Source: Octopus vulgaris (taxonomy: Eukaryota). Taken from it: a stretch of DNA of 64,000 nt. Every line of letters begins with the position of its first letter. The stretch's first letter is position 1. The DNA lies in assembly GCA_951406725.2 (NCBI GenBank), contig OX597821.1, forward strand, positions 21,204,001-21,268,000, in the 5' to 3' direction. The notes beneath the pieces are model-generated. The model did not search any database. It was given only the letters and a program-made list of their open reading frames with translations, and was not told the DNA's origin. Positions 1 to 12,088 of this stretch are shown one piece after another. The position numbers and the translations under genes were made by a program.

Positions 1-229
1 GTGAGTGTTTATTGAGCGAAAACACCTAAAAGCTCCACGAGGCTCCGGCAGGGGGTGGTGATCCCTGCTGTACTCTTTCACTACAACTTTCTCCCACTCT
101 TTCTTCTGTTGGCCTGCTCGCTTAGCCAGCGGGGTGGCGCCATTCGAAGGCTAGAAAACAATACGAACGCATTGTGACCAGCGATGTGTAACAACATCTG
201 ATTGTCTGGTCGGTCACGTGATCACGTGA
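1..229 (+). mobile_element. tRNA-Arg-headed (OR1/OR2-like) SINE, head cut off by window edge; 3' tail type A
   Basis: First ~100 bp (gtgagtgtttattgagcgaaaacacctaaaagctccacgagg...ctgctgtactctttcac) match the core of the copies at 7410-7796 and 46845-47105; ends at a (TA)n tract. Confidence 0.8.
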
Positions 230-244
230 TATATATATATATAT

Positions 245-280
<36 letters not shown>

Positions 281-483
281 TTAATTATAATGATGCAGAC
301 ACAATTGCGAGATTACTGTTTCGATATCCGGAACAGGATTGTATGTTGTTTTCTTAAGCAAAATATTTCACATTAGGTTCCTCTGGGTTCTCTTCGAGTT
401 CTGATGTGTGAGACATGGTGCACCTGTACAAGCAATGCCAATTTGATGGAGTGAGTGGTCTAATGTACAGCAGAAACATTTGA

Positions 484-717
484 TCATTCTAAGCAAATTG
501 TCTGTCCAGTTTGTTCACCAAGAAACCTACTCTCATACGTCGTCCAACGACTAGAGGGTCCATGATACATATAGATGTCTATGGCGTCATCTCTGTAGAG
601 GACGAAAAGAACTGAAGGAAACCTCTCCCCTAAGGTGTCCAGGATGTACAGTCCGACAAGATCACAGATGTCTGCGCTATCATATGCTCTGTTAATGAGG
701 AAAATAGACCGTACCAT
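484..717 (-). pseudogene. Penelope-like element (PLE) reverse transcriptase remnant
   Basis: AYDSADICDLVGLYIL...LYRDDA matches the PLE RT motifs GSYDGAExCELVGLYIL and YRDD. Confidence 0.75.
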
Positions 718-801
718 TTTTGGGGTTTTTTTTTCGTATTCCTTAAGTTCTCAGCGTTTACTCACGTCTGTCACGTAGACATTTTAAAATTTTGTATTCA
801 G

Positions 802-864
802 GTAGAGTCTGACGAGCTGTCCACAATGCTTTAGCTTTGGGTGCGAAACCTTGGGTGACTCTAT
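802..864 (+). ncRNA. Degenerate type I hammerhead ribozyme (GUG triplet, probably inactive)
   Basis: TAGAGT-CTGACGA-stem II-GAAA-CCttgGG-TG-ACTCTA; 6-bp stem I; adjacent to the PLE RT remnant; 846-885 is repeated inverted at ~938-974. Confidence 0.55.
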
Positions 865-968
865 ATAAAATTTTGTTGTAATACACACACACCCATACAC
901 ATATGTATATACCTGTATGTATGTGTGTGTGTATGTATATTACAACAAAATTTTATAGAGTTCCTCAA

Positions 969-1009
<41 letters not shown>

Positions 1010-1057
1010 AGAGAGAGAGAGAGTTACCCATGGTCTTATATATATCTCATGTATATA

Positions 1058-1088
<31 letters not shown>

Positions 1089-1150
1089 AAGAGAGAGAAT
1101 GAGGAGAACCAGAAGACAAGACACTCAATATATTGATTAAGAGTTACAGG

Positions 1151-1516
1151 TACGGATTAAAACAATTTGATTCGGATATTCGGATTCTGTGCTACTCAGT
1201 TTCCGAGCTTCTGACGAGGCTTTTTCTCAGGTCAGTGGAAATTCGAATAAATATGGAGGTGCAGGAAGTCCAAGTTGGCTACAGGGAGATGGGTATCAAT
1301 TTGTCAAGGAAGGCCCAGTTATATCGCAAAATTAGTAGTGATAATACTAATACTGTGACATCACATGACATTCCTTGACAAATTGCAGCGCAACTGTCTG
1401 TACAATCTTGAATTTCCTGTACCGCCATATTTATTCGAAATTCCACTGGCCTGATGAAAAGTCCCGTTAGTGGGTTAGAAACTTAGCACGGAATCGGAAT
1501 CAAACTGTTTTGATCC

Positions 1517-1519
<3 letters not shown>
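1151..1519. repeat. Diverged inverted repeat (arms ~1151-1274 and ~1407-1519) with decayed hammerhead cores; probably PLE terminal-repeat remnant
   Basis: tacggattaaaacaatttgattc...gtggaaattcgaataaatatgg...caag is the approximate reverse complement of cttg...ccatatttattcgaaattccac...gaatcaaactgttttgatccgta; CTGATGA at 1451 and GAAA at 1478. Confidence 0.65.
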
Positions 1520-1588
<69 letters not shown>

Positions 1589-1691
1589 GGGTAAGCACAT
1601 AAATGCAAAAAAACAGGGAAGAGACAGTACTCGAACACCGAGGGTAGAGTTATATGCGTTTTAATTAAAGCTGCAAAGATATCACAAAAAA

Positions 1692-1729
1692 CTGTGACTC
1701 ACAGTTTCACGTTCCTGTTCGTCGGACAG
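1692..1729 (-). ncRNA. Minimal type I hammerhead ribozyme, U4C core variant
   Basis: Minus strand reads CTGT-CCGACGA-ACaggaacGT-GAAA-CTgtgAG-TC-ACAG (GUC triplet). Confidence 0.6.
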
Positions 1730-1918
1730 GTGTGATTAATATAAATGAATATAACCAGCTAGGTGCGATATAATACCATAAAAGAAAGCTTTCATCGTCA
1801 CTAAATGTGAGTGGGGTGCCGAATCACCTACACCGCTAAAAATAAGAGATAAAAAATTCTTCATGCTGTAAGAAGAGCGCAATATATATACACTGACAGA
1901 AGAAGTGACCGTCTCTAG

Positions 1919-1972
1919 AATCACCAGACTATACTAGTTTCACCTATTTCATAGGCATCATCAATAGTGATT
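1919..1972 (-). ncRNA. Type I hammerhead ribozyme, C3U core variant
   Basis: Minus strand reads AATCACTA-TTGATGA-T-GCCTATgaaATAGGT-GAAA-CTAgtaTAG-TC-TGGTGATT; all three stems pair; GUC triplet. Confidence 0.7.
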
Positions 1973-2245
1973 GCTATATATACACTCATCCACAAATACG
2001 CAAGTGCATATATATGAACATGAGTATGACTTTAAATTGTATCAGATAGTGGGGCCCCGGTACAGGAATGTCCGTGTTTTGAGGAGTGTAGAACAAACAC
2101 TTAGCTAATATTGTTTCCAGGTCTACACTGATCCGGGGCAGCAGCATTTGTTAGGATGCTAGTATGTGACTCACTGGGATTGAAGTACCCCTAGTTCTTA
2201 GGGAGGATAAATTCGTGTCAAATACTTGAAGTGCAGTTCCTTTCT

Positions 2246-2844
2246 TATTTCTTTATTCCCCACAAGGGGCTAAACATAGATGGGACAAACAAGAACAGAC
2301 AAAGGGATTAAGTCGATTAGACCTACCCCAGTGCGTAACTGGTACTTATTTAATCGACCCCGAAAGGATGAAACGCAAAGTCGACCTCTGCGGAATTTGA
2401 ACTCAGAACGTAAAGACAGACGAAGTACCTATTTATTTACTACCCACAAGGGGCTAAACAGAGGGGACGAACAAGGACAGACATACGGATTAAGTCGATT
2501 ATATTGACCCCAGTGCGTAACTAGTACTTTTTTAATCGACCCCGAAAGGATGAAATGCAAAGTCGACCTCGGCGGAATTTGGAATCAGAACGTAGCGGCT
2601 GACGAAATACCTATTTCTTTATTGCCCACATGGGGCTAAACACAGAGGGGACGAACAAAGACAGACAAACGGATTAAGTCGATTATATCGAGCCCATTGC
2701 GTAACTGGTACTTATTTAATCGTCCCCGAAAGGATGAAAAGCAAAGTCGGTCTCGACGGAACTTGAACTCAGAACGTAGCGGCAGACGAATCTCTGCTAA
2801 GCATTTCGCCCGGCCTGCTAACGTGTCTGCCAGCTCGCCGCCTT
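2246..2844 (-). mobile_element. tRNA-derived SINE family 2 (GGCGGCGAGCTGGCAG head), trimeric insertion
   Basis: One head plus three ~180-bp body/tail units; B-box-like GAGTTCAA; 16-bp TSD agtgcagtt(c/g)ctttct at 2230-2245 and 2845-2860. Confidence 0.9.
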
Positions 2845-4129
2845 AGTGCAGTTGCTTTCTAGTCGTCATACTCTCTTTTGTACCAATGTTTTTATAGCTG
2901 ATTGCGCTTAGAAGTGTTCCTTCTCTTCATCCGAATTACTGAACACACTTATTCACCTAAATCGTGTAATCACATGCGCTTTGTAGTACTACGTTATTTT
3001 TCTCATACAAGCACATACACACTCACAGAAATCTTCGTGGGGGGAACTACACTACTTTAAAGAAATTAGCATCTTTATCACTATCGAAAACAACACTTTT
3101 ATTGCAAATTTCTTTGATGACTATCTTAAAAACAATAGTTATTTTTATCGTGACCATAAACCCAACGCCCTTAAAATATGTACATAAATTATTTAGTCAA
3201 CAAAGATCTATTATTAACAATTTAGTAAAATTTTATTGTTTGATTTACCTGATATATCTGATAATAATCACATTTTTAAAGAATTTTATTAGTATTTCAG
3301 TGAGTCCCTGGCAAGTATTGAATATTCTATCGAAGAAAAATTGTAACCTTTAAACTGATATATACAAAAATAGGTAAAAAGCGTTCAAGACATGGGTGTT
3401 GGTACGATTCCCTCTCTCAGTTTATAAAATTCCTCCCACATTGCCCAAATCTTCTAAAAAACTAACACTTTCAGCAACGATATTGTTGTCAACTTATATA
3501 AACACTGCTTAAACTTTCCGTTTCTAATAACCCTAACACTAAATTGTCTCCTCTAACATGGTTAAAAGTTACCAAACAAATAAACAATTTCAACTGGAAT
3601 TCCCAAATTTTTCATCAACATACGTACGGATATAGAAACAAGATGGTATTATATTTAATATAGTTAAACGTCCTTCTCTTTTTGTGAGTGATATAAATGC
3701 ATTCAATTTACAAACCAAAGAAGACCAAAAATTGTATCTTCGTATTACCGTTTATTCAATAAAAAATTCCAAATAGATAATGACGGGGAATAATGACATT
3801 TTTTTTAAAAATGCATTGAATACAAATCTTTGCGTAATGAAAGCAATTTTTTTCAATAGTTGTGTTGGAACAAATCTTGTTCTGACTTCGGTGGAAATTA
3901 TCATCGTTACAACAACAAAACCTCTCACTGAAAACCTACAGCAACAAGAAAATACGTAATAAGCAAGAAAATACGCAAGACGAAAATAGGCAAGCGACCG
4001 AAAAAAAAACAACGGAAACACATAAGCACAAGACAAACACAAACACAACAAAAAGAAAACATTCACAGCTACAAAACCTTAAAAAATAAACAAGAAACAG
4101 TCAAGTGGAAAACAGTCAATTTCCCCGTG

Positions 4130-4667
4130 ATAAATTAAAACAATGGGGTGTTAATGGTTTATCCTTTAGGGGTGGATAAAATAATTACCAGTTGAGCACG
4201 GAATTCTGATGTAATCGTAATCCCGTCCCTATAATTTAAGGCCTTGTACCTATATCAGAAAGGATTATTATTTCGGCGGCAAGCCGGTACAATCATGCCC
4301 GACGAAATGTTTGTGGAATCACCTCCGTCTTTTAGTCCTGAGTTCAAATTCCATGACGGTTTCAAGTGTTACACAAAATGTCATTATTTTGAAGACACTG
4401 TTGACGATAGTACAAAGAGTCTTATGATATTTCTTCCGGTTCTAGGGCAGAAAGGCGGCAGAATCGTTAAGCAGGCCGGGGAAAATATTTAGCGGCATCT
4501 CGTGTGTTTTTACATTCCGAGTTCAAATTCACCGAGGTCGACTTTACCTTTCATCCTTTTGGTGTCGATAAAAGTTTTGAGCACTGCAGTCAATGTAATC
4601 AACTTAACCTTATCTCAAAGCATCATGCCTTGTGAGTCAGGAAGAAAGGTTCATTATTATTATTATT
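4130..4667 (+). mobile_element. Two degraded SINE family 2 copies with tail type b (ends ...agaaagg(att)n)
   Basis: ggcagaatcgtta...gagttcaaattcaccgaggtcgactttacctttcatcctttt at 4452-4560; partial copy at 4130-4270. Confidence 0.65.
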
Positions 4668-6028
4668 GCAGTAACCTTACAGGATCAATTAAAATTCATG
4701 GCCTTATGGTAAAGTTCAAAAGTGCTATAATTGCCATTAATTCTAATACAAATTCTGTATTTATTCATACGGATTTTCTGTGGTATATGTCCGAAATTGT
4801 GTGTATAGACTATAGACAGGAATATATATCTTGCATTAGGTATAATATATGTATATAGTATGTGTAGATATATAGGAGAAAGTAAATTTTGAACACAGTA
4901 AAACTGTAAGAACAGCAAAGAATAATTGTGTATTTACCCTTATAAGACGGCAATAGTTTACCAGCAGCAGGCTAAGTGAATCGATAGGGGCTGAGCGGTC
5001 TAACCACTAGACTAAATGGCCTCGACAACAACTACTGCCAAATTAAATGCTAAATTAAAGCTTTCAGATGCGACTACATTTTATGAAAAAACTTTGACGC
5101 GGCAACATTCGTGAATATCTTGAAAATGGGGTCACAACCCCGAAATATTGAATACAAGTGTACATTAATCTACACATTTGTTTTCTTGTGATTTATTTTG
5201 CATTTACTTCGCATTTTTTTGGCCTTACCCACATATTTTATACAATATATTCTACACAATACTTCATAGTAATATATATATATATATATATATGCATAAG
5301 CGTATTTATATAGACACACACACATACATACGTATTTCTGTGTGTATTTATGTATGCATGTATGCATATACATTAGTAGTTTTACAATTATTCACATATA
5401 TATGTGAATATATATGGGACCTTGTATATGTCACAGTGCATATAAATATATATCCAGATTTTTAAATGCATGTGTATACCTGTCTCTCCTAATAACCATG
5501 AGTGCATATAATGCATTGAACTATGTGACTTCTATGTGAGTGTAATTGTATGGCTTCATGTACCAAGTGGCCATTTAACTATTTGTGCAGAATATTTGAT
5601 TTCTGTTGTTTTTGTTTTTTTCCCCTTTTATTCTATTCGGGGTATCTCATATTCATCTCTACCCAAGGATCGTAGTCTTACTTCTTTTTGTACTATCGAT
5701 AACCCTTTGCTCAACGCAGAAAAACTTTATATCTACTGATTGAAAATTAATAATTAATTTTGGTATTTTTATCCTAGCCTTGCACGCACACACACATACA
5801 CACGCGCACACACGCTCACACACAAAATACATGTGCATGTATACATGCACACATTATATATATATAGGTGTGTATTTTTATATTAGTAAATATCGAGTGT
5901 GTGCCCTTGTACACTTACACACATACATATACATATATATAGATAGATAGATACATAGATAGATAGAGAGAGGGGTGGAGAGAGAGAAAAACGATACAAT
6001 AAGAAAAGAACGGCATTCCTTATTTAAA

Positions 6029-6134
6029 ATTACTACAGTTGTTTCGACATATTTTACACATTTAGTTCGTTGATGATGTGTTGTACAATCATTATCCCAC
6101 CTCTAAGATGTAAAATGCACCTCCTCAAGTGAAT
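6029..6134 (-). ncRNA. Degenerate hammerhead motif with long stem II
   Basis: Minus strand: TTGAGGA-GGTGCATTTTACA...TGTAAAATATGTC-GAAA-CAacTG-TA; stem I is weak. Confidence 0.4.
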
Positions 6135-6597
6135 GTGTACATGGCCCCCACGTCATTTCACTCAGTGTGGTGGTCCAACTCAACATTTCAAAGATAAAGC
6201 TAAACGTGTAGGTACAGGGATACAATTAATGTTCAAAATGCGTAAATAAAAATCAAACAGAAGAAAAGTATTGGCTTGACTATAAATCACCATTCTACAC
6301 TAATGGTTAGATTATAAGGAAGAATATTCTCTAAAGAGATTGTAGAATAAAATGATTAAATTAAGAATTAGGAGGTAATCAAGTGATTAAGTGGAGAAAA
6401 CCGGTCATTTCTGTACCTATGAACTATTTTCTTGTCTCTTTTAAGGATCTGAACTATGCCAGTCTAGAATGGGGTCACTTGTTTTGTTGTGAGGAACGGA
6501 GGCAATTTGTATGTGTGAGTATGTGTGTGTTTATGTGTGTGTGTGTGTATGTTGTGTATGTGTGTGTGCATATATATGTGCAAGATGTACATGTGTA

Positions 6598-6628
<31 letters not shown>

Positions 6629-7129
6629 GGGGGTGTATACAAATCATGAAGAAACGAAACAGCTGAAAACTTCCCTCTTTTGAAACTACTTCAGTTTCCC
6701 TGCATATATTTCCTATATATAAAAGAAAAACGTAGTAAATACGATCTCGTTAGTAACAAAACATATGTGAGGCAATTTATATCCTTTATTTTATTTCCTT
6801 TATTTTTAACAAAAGTTAGTCAATTACAAAAGCAATTCCTCTATATTATGTTTCTTTCGAAAAATATACAAATATAGCAGCTATGGAAGTATATAGCTTT
6901 TCATTCACTTTATTATGGACGAGGGTCCTTGAATTGTCAAATCTGCAAGTGTTCAAGTGCATCAATAAAAATGAATTTAAAAAAGAAAAGAAATGTGCGA
7001 TCCATTATATGTGAAATACATAAAAGATAAATTATGATGACGGCTCATAATTATAGAATCCAAGTGAGACTAATTTGAAAGGAAAAAATCAATAAATAAT
7101 TATAAGGACATATTTAATTATTTATTCCA

Positions 7130-7275
7130 TCAATATTCTTCACCTCTTTCTCTTCCGTATTCTTTTACCCATTTGTCTTTTATTCCACAGACTATAATGT
7201 TGGACTGTAATATATTGATTTTCTTAACATAGTCGCACAGATTCAAATCTGGAGACTGAGCCCATTCTGTTACAT
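7130..7275 (-). pseudogene. Tc1/mariner transposase remnant
   Basis: EWAQSPDLNLCDY resembles the W(P)PxSPDLNPxDY motif of DD(E/D) transposases. Confidence 0.45.
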
Positions 7276-7409
7276 CGATCCAGTAAACAGCTGGTACTTT
7301 TTTGCATCTACTCCACAAAGGATGAAATGTAAAAAATCAACCTTTGCTTGATTTGAACCTGGAACGTACAGTAGGCAATTAAATAACTTAAAATAATTTT
7401 GCACTTTAT

Positions 7410-7796
7410 ACTGGAAGGAAGCACTCCGTCGGTTACGACGATGAGGGTTCCGGTTGATCCGAATCAACGGAACAGTCTGCTCGTGAAATTAACGTGTAAG
7501 TGGCTGAGCACTCCACAGACACGTGTACCCTTAACGTATTTCTCGGGGATATTCAGCGTGACACAGAGGGTGACAAGGCCGGCCCTTTGAAATACAGGTG
7601 CAACAGAAACAGGAAGTGAGAAAGAAAGCTGTGGTGAAAGAGTACAGCAGGGATCACCACCATCCCCTGCAGGAGTCTCGTGGAGCTTTAGGTGTTTTCG
7701 CTCAATAAACACTCACAACGCCCGGTCTGGGAATCGAAACCGCGATCCTACGACCGCGAGTCCGCTGCCTTAAACACTGGGCCATTGCGCCTCCAC
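7410..7796 (-). mobile_element. Full-length tRNA-Arg(TCG)-headed OR1/OR2-like SINE, tail type B
   Basis: Head GGAGGCGCAATGGCCCAGTG..GGACTCGCGGTC..GGTTTCGATTCC with A/B boxes; 12-bp TSD tttgcactttat at 7398-7409 and 7797-7808. Confidence 0.9.
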
Positions 7797-7979
7797 TTTG
7801 CACTTTATGCTACCGATTCGGTTAATGAACATTGTTTATATAAATTAGAGCTATAAATCGGGATCCCATACTTAAAAGCGTCTTTGAAATTCATATCGAA
7901 GATGGCTACAAGATTCGATCGTGAATATTTGAACATTCGGTATCCAGACCCCAAAATGTATATAATGCATATGATTTCT

Positions 7980-8361
7980 TATTTCTTTATTGCCCATAGA
8001 GGGGACAAACAAGGACAGACAAAGGGATTAAGTCGATTGGATCGACCGCAGTGCGTAACTGGTACTTAATTTATCGACCCCGAAAGGATGAAAAGCAAAG
8101 TCGACCTCGACCGAATTTGGAATCAGAACGTAAGGCTGGACAAAATACCTATTTCTTTACTACCCTCAAGGGGCTAAACACAGAGATGACAAACAATCAC
8201 AGACAAAGAAATTAAGTCGATTAGATCGATCCCAGTGCGTAACTGGTACTTAATTTATCGACCCCGAAATGATGAAAAGCAAAGTCGAACTCGGTGGAAT
8301 TTGAACTCAGAACGTAGCGGCAGACACAATCAACTAGGCATTTCACCATCTAACCGCCTTA
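7980..8361 (-). mobile_element. SINE family 2, dimeric insertion
   Basis: Two units; TSD aatgcata(tg/ca)atttct at 7964-7979 and 8362-8377. Confidence 0.85.
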
Positions 8362-10464
8362 AATGCATACAATTTCTACCGGTAAGCACATTATACTGCT
8401 CGGTCTAATGCCCCCCACAAAGCCTATGAGAAGTTTTAGCAAACTTTGCTTCTTTGTTGCAAGCATTCTATTTACACACTTCATAGGGATTATCCGTAAA
8501 TCTCAAAACATTGTTCACAACATGCCAAACATTTATATTTAAAGACATGGAAAATGTTATCTACTCTTCTCTATCATTCATAGATTCCAATACGTTCTGT
8601 CTTCGGCATATGTGCAAGTAACATTTTGTGTTCCTCTCCAGCAATGAGACCTTATCTACAGCCTGCATCTATGATCCCTTATCTATAGTTTGCATCTATG
8701 GTCCAGGCTCCGCTGTTTTCACAAGCATCAGTCTCGAAAGGCGATGCCTGCTTATACATAAACTTATCTTTTCTTCTTACTCGCGTATAAGATCTGGATA
8801 TCAGCAGCAAAAGTAGTTTTAGTTATTCTGATGCAAAATTTCCGTTTTCCATTATTCCTAGTAAAAACTGCTTTCTTCACTGCTGTCTGGATTCTTTTAA
8901 CCACGAAAAACTCTCTGACCCCCATCTCTGTCTCCATCCAAGACATTTATCTCCATACCTTACTCTTCGAAATCATCGTGCTTAGATATTTAGTCATCGT
9001 GATTATATTTATCCCCTGATAATGCTGTCAATATGAAAACAAAGTTAATATCTTTCTCAATTTCTAACACAAATATTACAAACCGTAACCGTTTCCGCAT
9101 ACATATGATCCCGAATTGCATTGGTCCTATCGTGAATTCTTGACACACATCAATATACTGCACAACAACCTTCCAGGTTAGAGCAATTTTAAATCAGCTG
9201 AAACGTTGAGTTTGTGCCAATTCGAAGATAACTATCTTTAGCAGTATATTTGCTTCATCTCTATTCTTTTCTTCATACAAGAAACTTTTTATGAGCATTA
9301 TATATCTTCTTAGGCATTTCTCTCTCTCTCTCTCTCTTAGCCACATCCCGTTGTCATAAACAACCAAACAACTCATCTCGTACCGCTTGGAGAAATCATT
9401 TTGTCATATAAACTGAACTGCTTATACCTACATCATTAAATTTTGCGAGACTGTAATTTAAACTACGATAGATTCCACTATGCATCGCACTACCCTCTAG
9501 CTCTGATGCCTTTCGAAATGAAGCCAATCATTTTGGTTCCTTTAAGAAAGGACATTCAACCATGTTTTAGCATAATCCTTTCCCACGCTTCTCAAACACG
9601 ATGGTTCTGGAAGAAGCACGTGTGTGTTGAACCACTCAGTCTTTGTTAGCAGCATTGCATTTTCCTTGTTGATGTAGAGACTAGATGAACCTATTGCTCT
9701 TTTAATATCTCCTTTTATTCGATAAAGCTCCACACCATCAACACATGCATGGGAATATAGCTTCTATCACTAAAAGCTAACACGACCATCGGTCCTAATA
9801 TTGCCCTCGCCTTTACACCCGAACAACGTGTCTCAGCGCTGGGCACTATAATCAATTTCTTCAATCCCTATCTCTCTCTTTTCTCACTCTATTTCTCTCT
9901 CTATTTCTCTCTCTTTTCTCTGTCTTTCTTTGTCTCTCTCTCTTTCTCGTCCACTTTCTTCTCTTTCACTTTCTCTCTGTACCTCTGTCACTGTGCATCT
10001 ATATCTGTCATTATGTGCCTGTCTTTCTATCTCTCTCCTATCTCTCTCCTATCTCTCTCCCCTTCTCTCTCTTTCTTTCTCTCAAAATATATTGAGACTT
10101 TTGGAAACATGCTACCTGATGTTCAATTCCCAAGCAGCGATAATTCCACCGACACTGCCAAATATTCATCTCCATTATCTCAAACGCAAGGGAGATGGCA
10201 ATTAACAAGCAATTAGCCACCACTGTGAAACTCTCTTTCCTTTCTTAATCATCTCTTGTATTACTTTTCGTAAAGCTAGATCTGCTACCAAATTATTCCC
10301 CAAAGTCGCTCAGAAGTAGTTCACACCCTAGAGGAATTTGCCTTAAATCAATTTCGTTGCCACGACACATCTAAAAGTTTTAATTCCATCTGACACGCAA
10401 CTTTGCCAGCAGAAAGCTACTTGCATATAGGCTTTATTAGTCTTTCGTTTCTTGAATAGGTGGC

Positions 10465-11640
10465 GTTTAGTCAGATCATAGCACCGTTGATTGAGGATGT
10501 ATCCATACTCTTTATCTTGGTTTACCCCAAGACTTCGATTCTGTAGCCCACATTCTTCATCTTATTTGTCAGCGACATATTTTCCGCTATCTTCATCATC
10601 GTCTACTTTTATACTTATAGCACCATTTTTCATTCCTGGCTAACCTTCCACATTCAAATGTCATCCATAAGCGACCTTATATATGTTATAGTAGCTACCA
10701 TTCCTTATTTCTTTATTGCCCACAAGGGGCTAAACACAGAGGGAACAAACAAGGACAGGCAAAGGTATTATGTCGATTACATCGACCCCAGTGCGTAAAT
10801 GGTACTTAATTTATCGACCTCGAAAGGATGAAAGGCAAAGTCAACCTCGTCAGAATTTGAACTCAGAACGTTACGGCAGACGGAATGTCTATTTCTCTAT
10901 TTCTTTATTACTCACAAGGGGCTAAACACAGAAGGGACAAACAAGGACAGACAAAGGGATTAAGTCGATTATATCGACCGAAGTGCGTAACTGGTACTTA
11001 TTTAATCGACCCCGAAAGGATGAAAGGCAAAGTCGACCTCGGCGGAATTTGAACTCAGAACGTAACGGCAGAAAAAATACCGCTAAGCATTTCGCCCGGC
11101 GTGCTAACGTTTCTGCCACCTCGCCGCTTTAGTAGCTATCATTTCTGAAGCCTTTAACAAACACCGAAGACACCGTCCATTTTGCACACGAAAATCTTTT
11201 CTTCAATAACACAAGAAAATTACAACCACTTCCCAAGCTAATGAAACATTATCACCCTTGACGCCTCTTATGAAAAAGTGGTGTTTAGTCAGATCATAGC
11301 ATCGTTGATTGCTAATGGATCCACACTCACTAAAGCTTGATGTAACTAAAACTTCGATTTTGTAGCCGACATTCTCCATCTTATTTACCAATGTCCTGTT
11401 TTCTACTGTGTTCATCATCGTCCATTTTTCTCTTTGTATCACAACCTTTCATTGTTGGTTAACCTTCCACACTCATATGTCATCCACAAGCAACTTATGC
11501 ATGTCATGATAGCTATCGTTTCTGAAATCATTAAGAAACCCTGAAGTCATTCTCCATTTTGCTCAATCTTTTCCTAAACAGAAAAATAAAATTACAACCA
11601 ATTCACAAGTTAATAAAACATTGTCACCCTTGAAGCCTCT
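10465..11640. repeat. Diverged tandem duplication, unit ~370 bp; first copy split by a SINE
   Basis: gtttagtcagatcatagca...acttcgatt.tgtagcc.acattct.catcttattt...tcacccttga.gcctctt occurs at 10466-11270 (excluding the SINE) and again at 11283-11640. Confidence 0.8.
10703..11129 (-). mobile_element. SINE family 2, dimeric insertion
   Basis: Head plus two units; TSD tagtagcta(c/t)catt at 10689-10702 and 11130-11143. Confidence 0.9.
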
Positions 11641-11689
11641 TTAAATATGAAAAGTCTTCCGAAGAAAGCACACATTCAATCTAAAAGCG

Positions 11690-11900
11690 GGATCTCAGTG
11701 TCACCGTAGAGTTTCCTTGGCAGAAAGGATCCTTAACAAAACTAGAAATGCAACCCCCTCGAGTAGGCGTTCTCTGTAAGGCCAAAATATACTTCAACTT
11801 CTCTCAATTTATGACAATCTATAGAAAACAAGTAAGACTTCAATTTGAATACTGTGCTAGCATCTGAATCTATCCTACAGCTATACATACATAGTGTATC
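11690..11900 (+). pseudogene. CR1/L2/Jockey-type LINE RT C-terminal remnant
   Basis: Translates as IYRKQVRLQFEYCASI*, similar to LYKxxVRPxLEYCxxVW. Confidence 0.4.
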
Positions 11901-12050
11901 TAAAGAGAGATTTTTCGAATTATTGAAATAAAGTTACTCTCAGAGATTTTCCTGTCACTCACAGATCCGCTGTCTCATTTCTAAGTTTTTATTTACTGTT
12001 GCTGCTACTATTACCACCACCACTACCACCACCACCACCAAAACAAATAT

Positions 12051-12088
<38 letters not shown>

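Noticed and set aside
2246-2844. Regularly spaced repeats suggestive of a CRISPR array or satellite
   Set aside because: Units are ~180-bp SINE bodies with no unique spacers; eukaryotic context with no cas genes
3040-3665. Possible Helitron/Helentron-type non-autonomous element (taaccctaac; 3' end acatacgtacgga...tatatttaatatag)
   Set aside because: Single copy in the window and no clear hairpin or subterminal repeats to support a call
6640-6680. atgaaga-aac-gaaa-cagctg hammerhead-like string
   Set aside because: No NUH triplet or stem I pairing
7720-7796. tRNA-Arg(TCG)-like sequence
   Set aside because: It is the head of a TSD-flanked SINE, and the acceptor stem does not close properly
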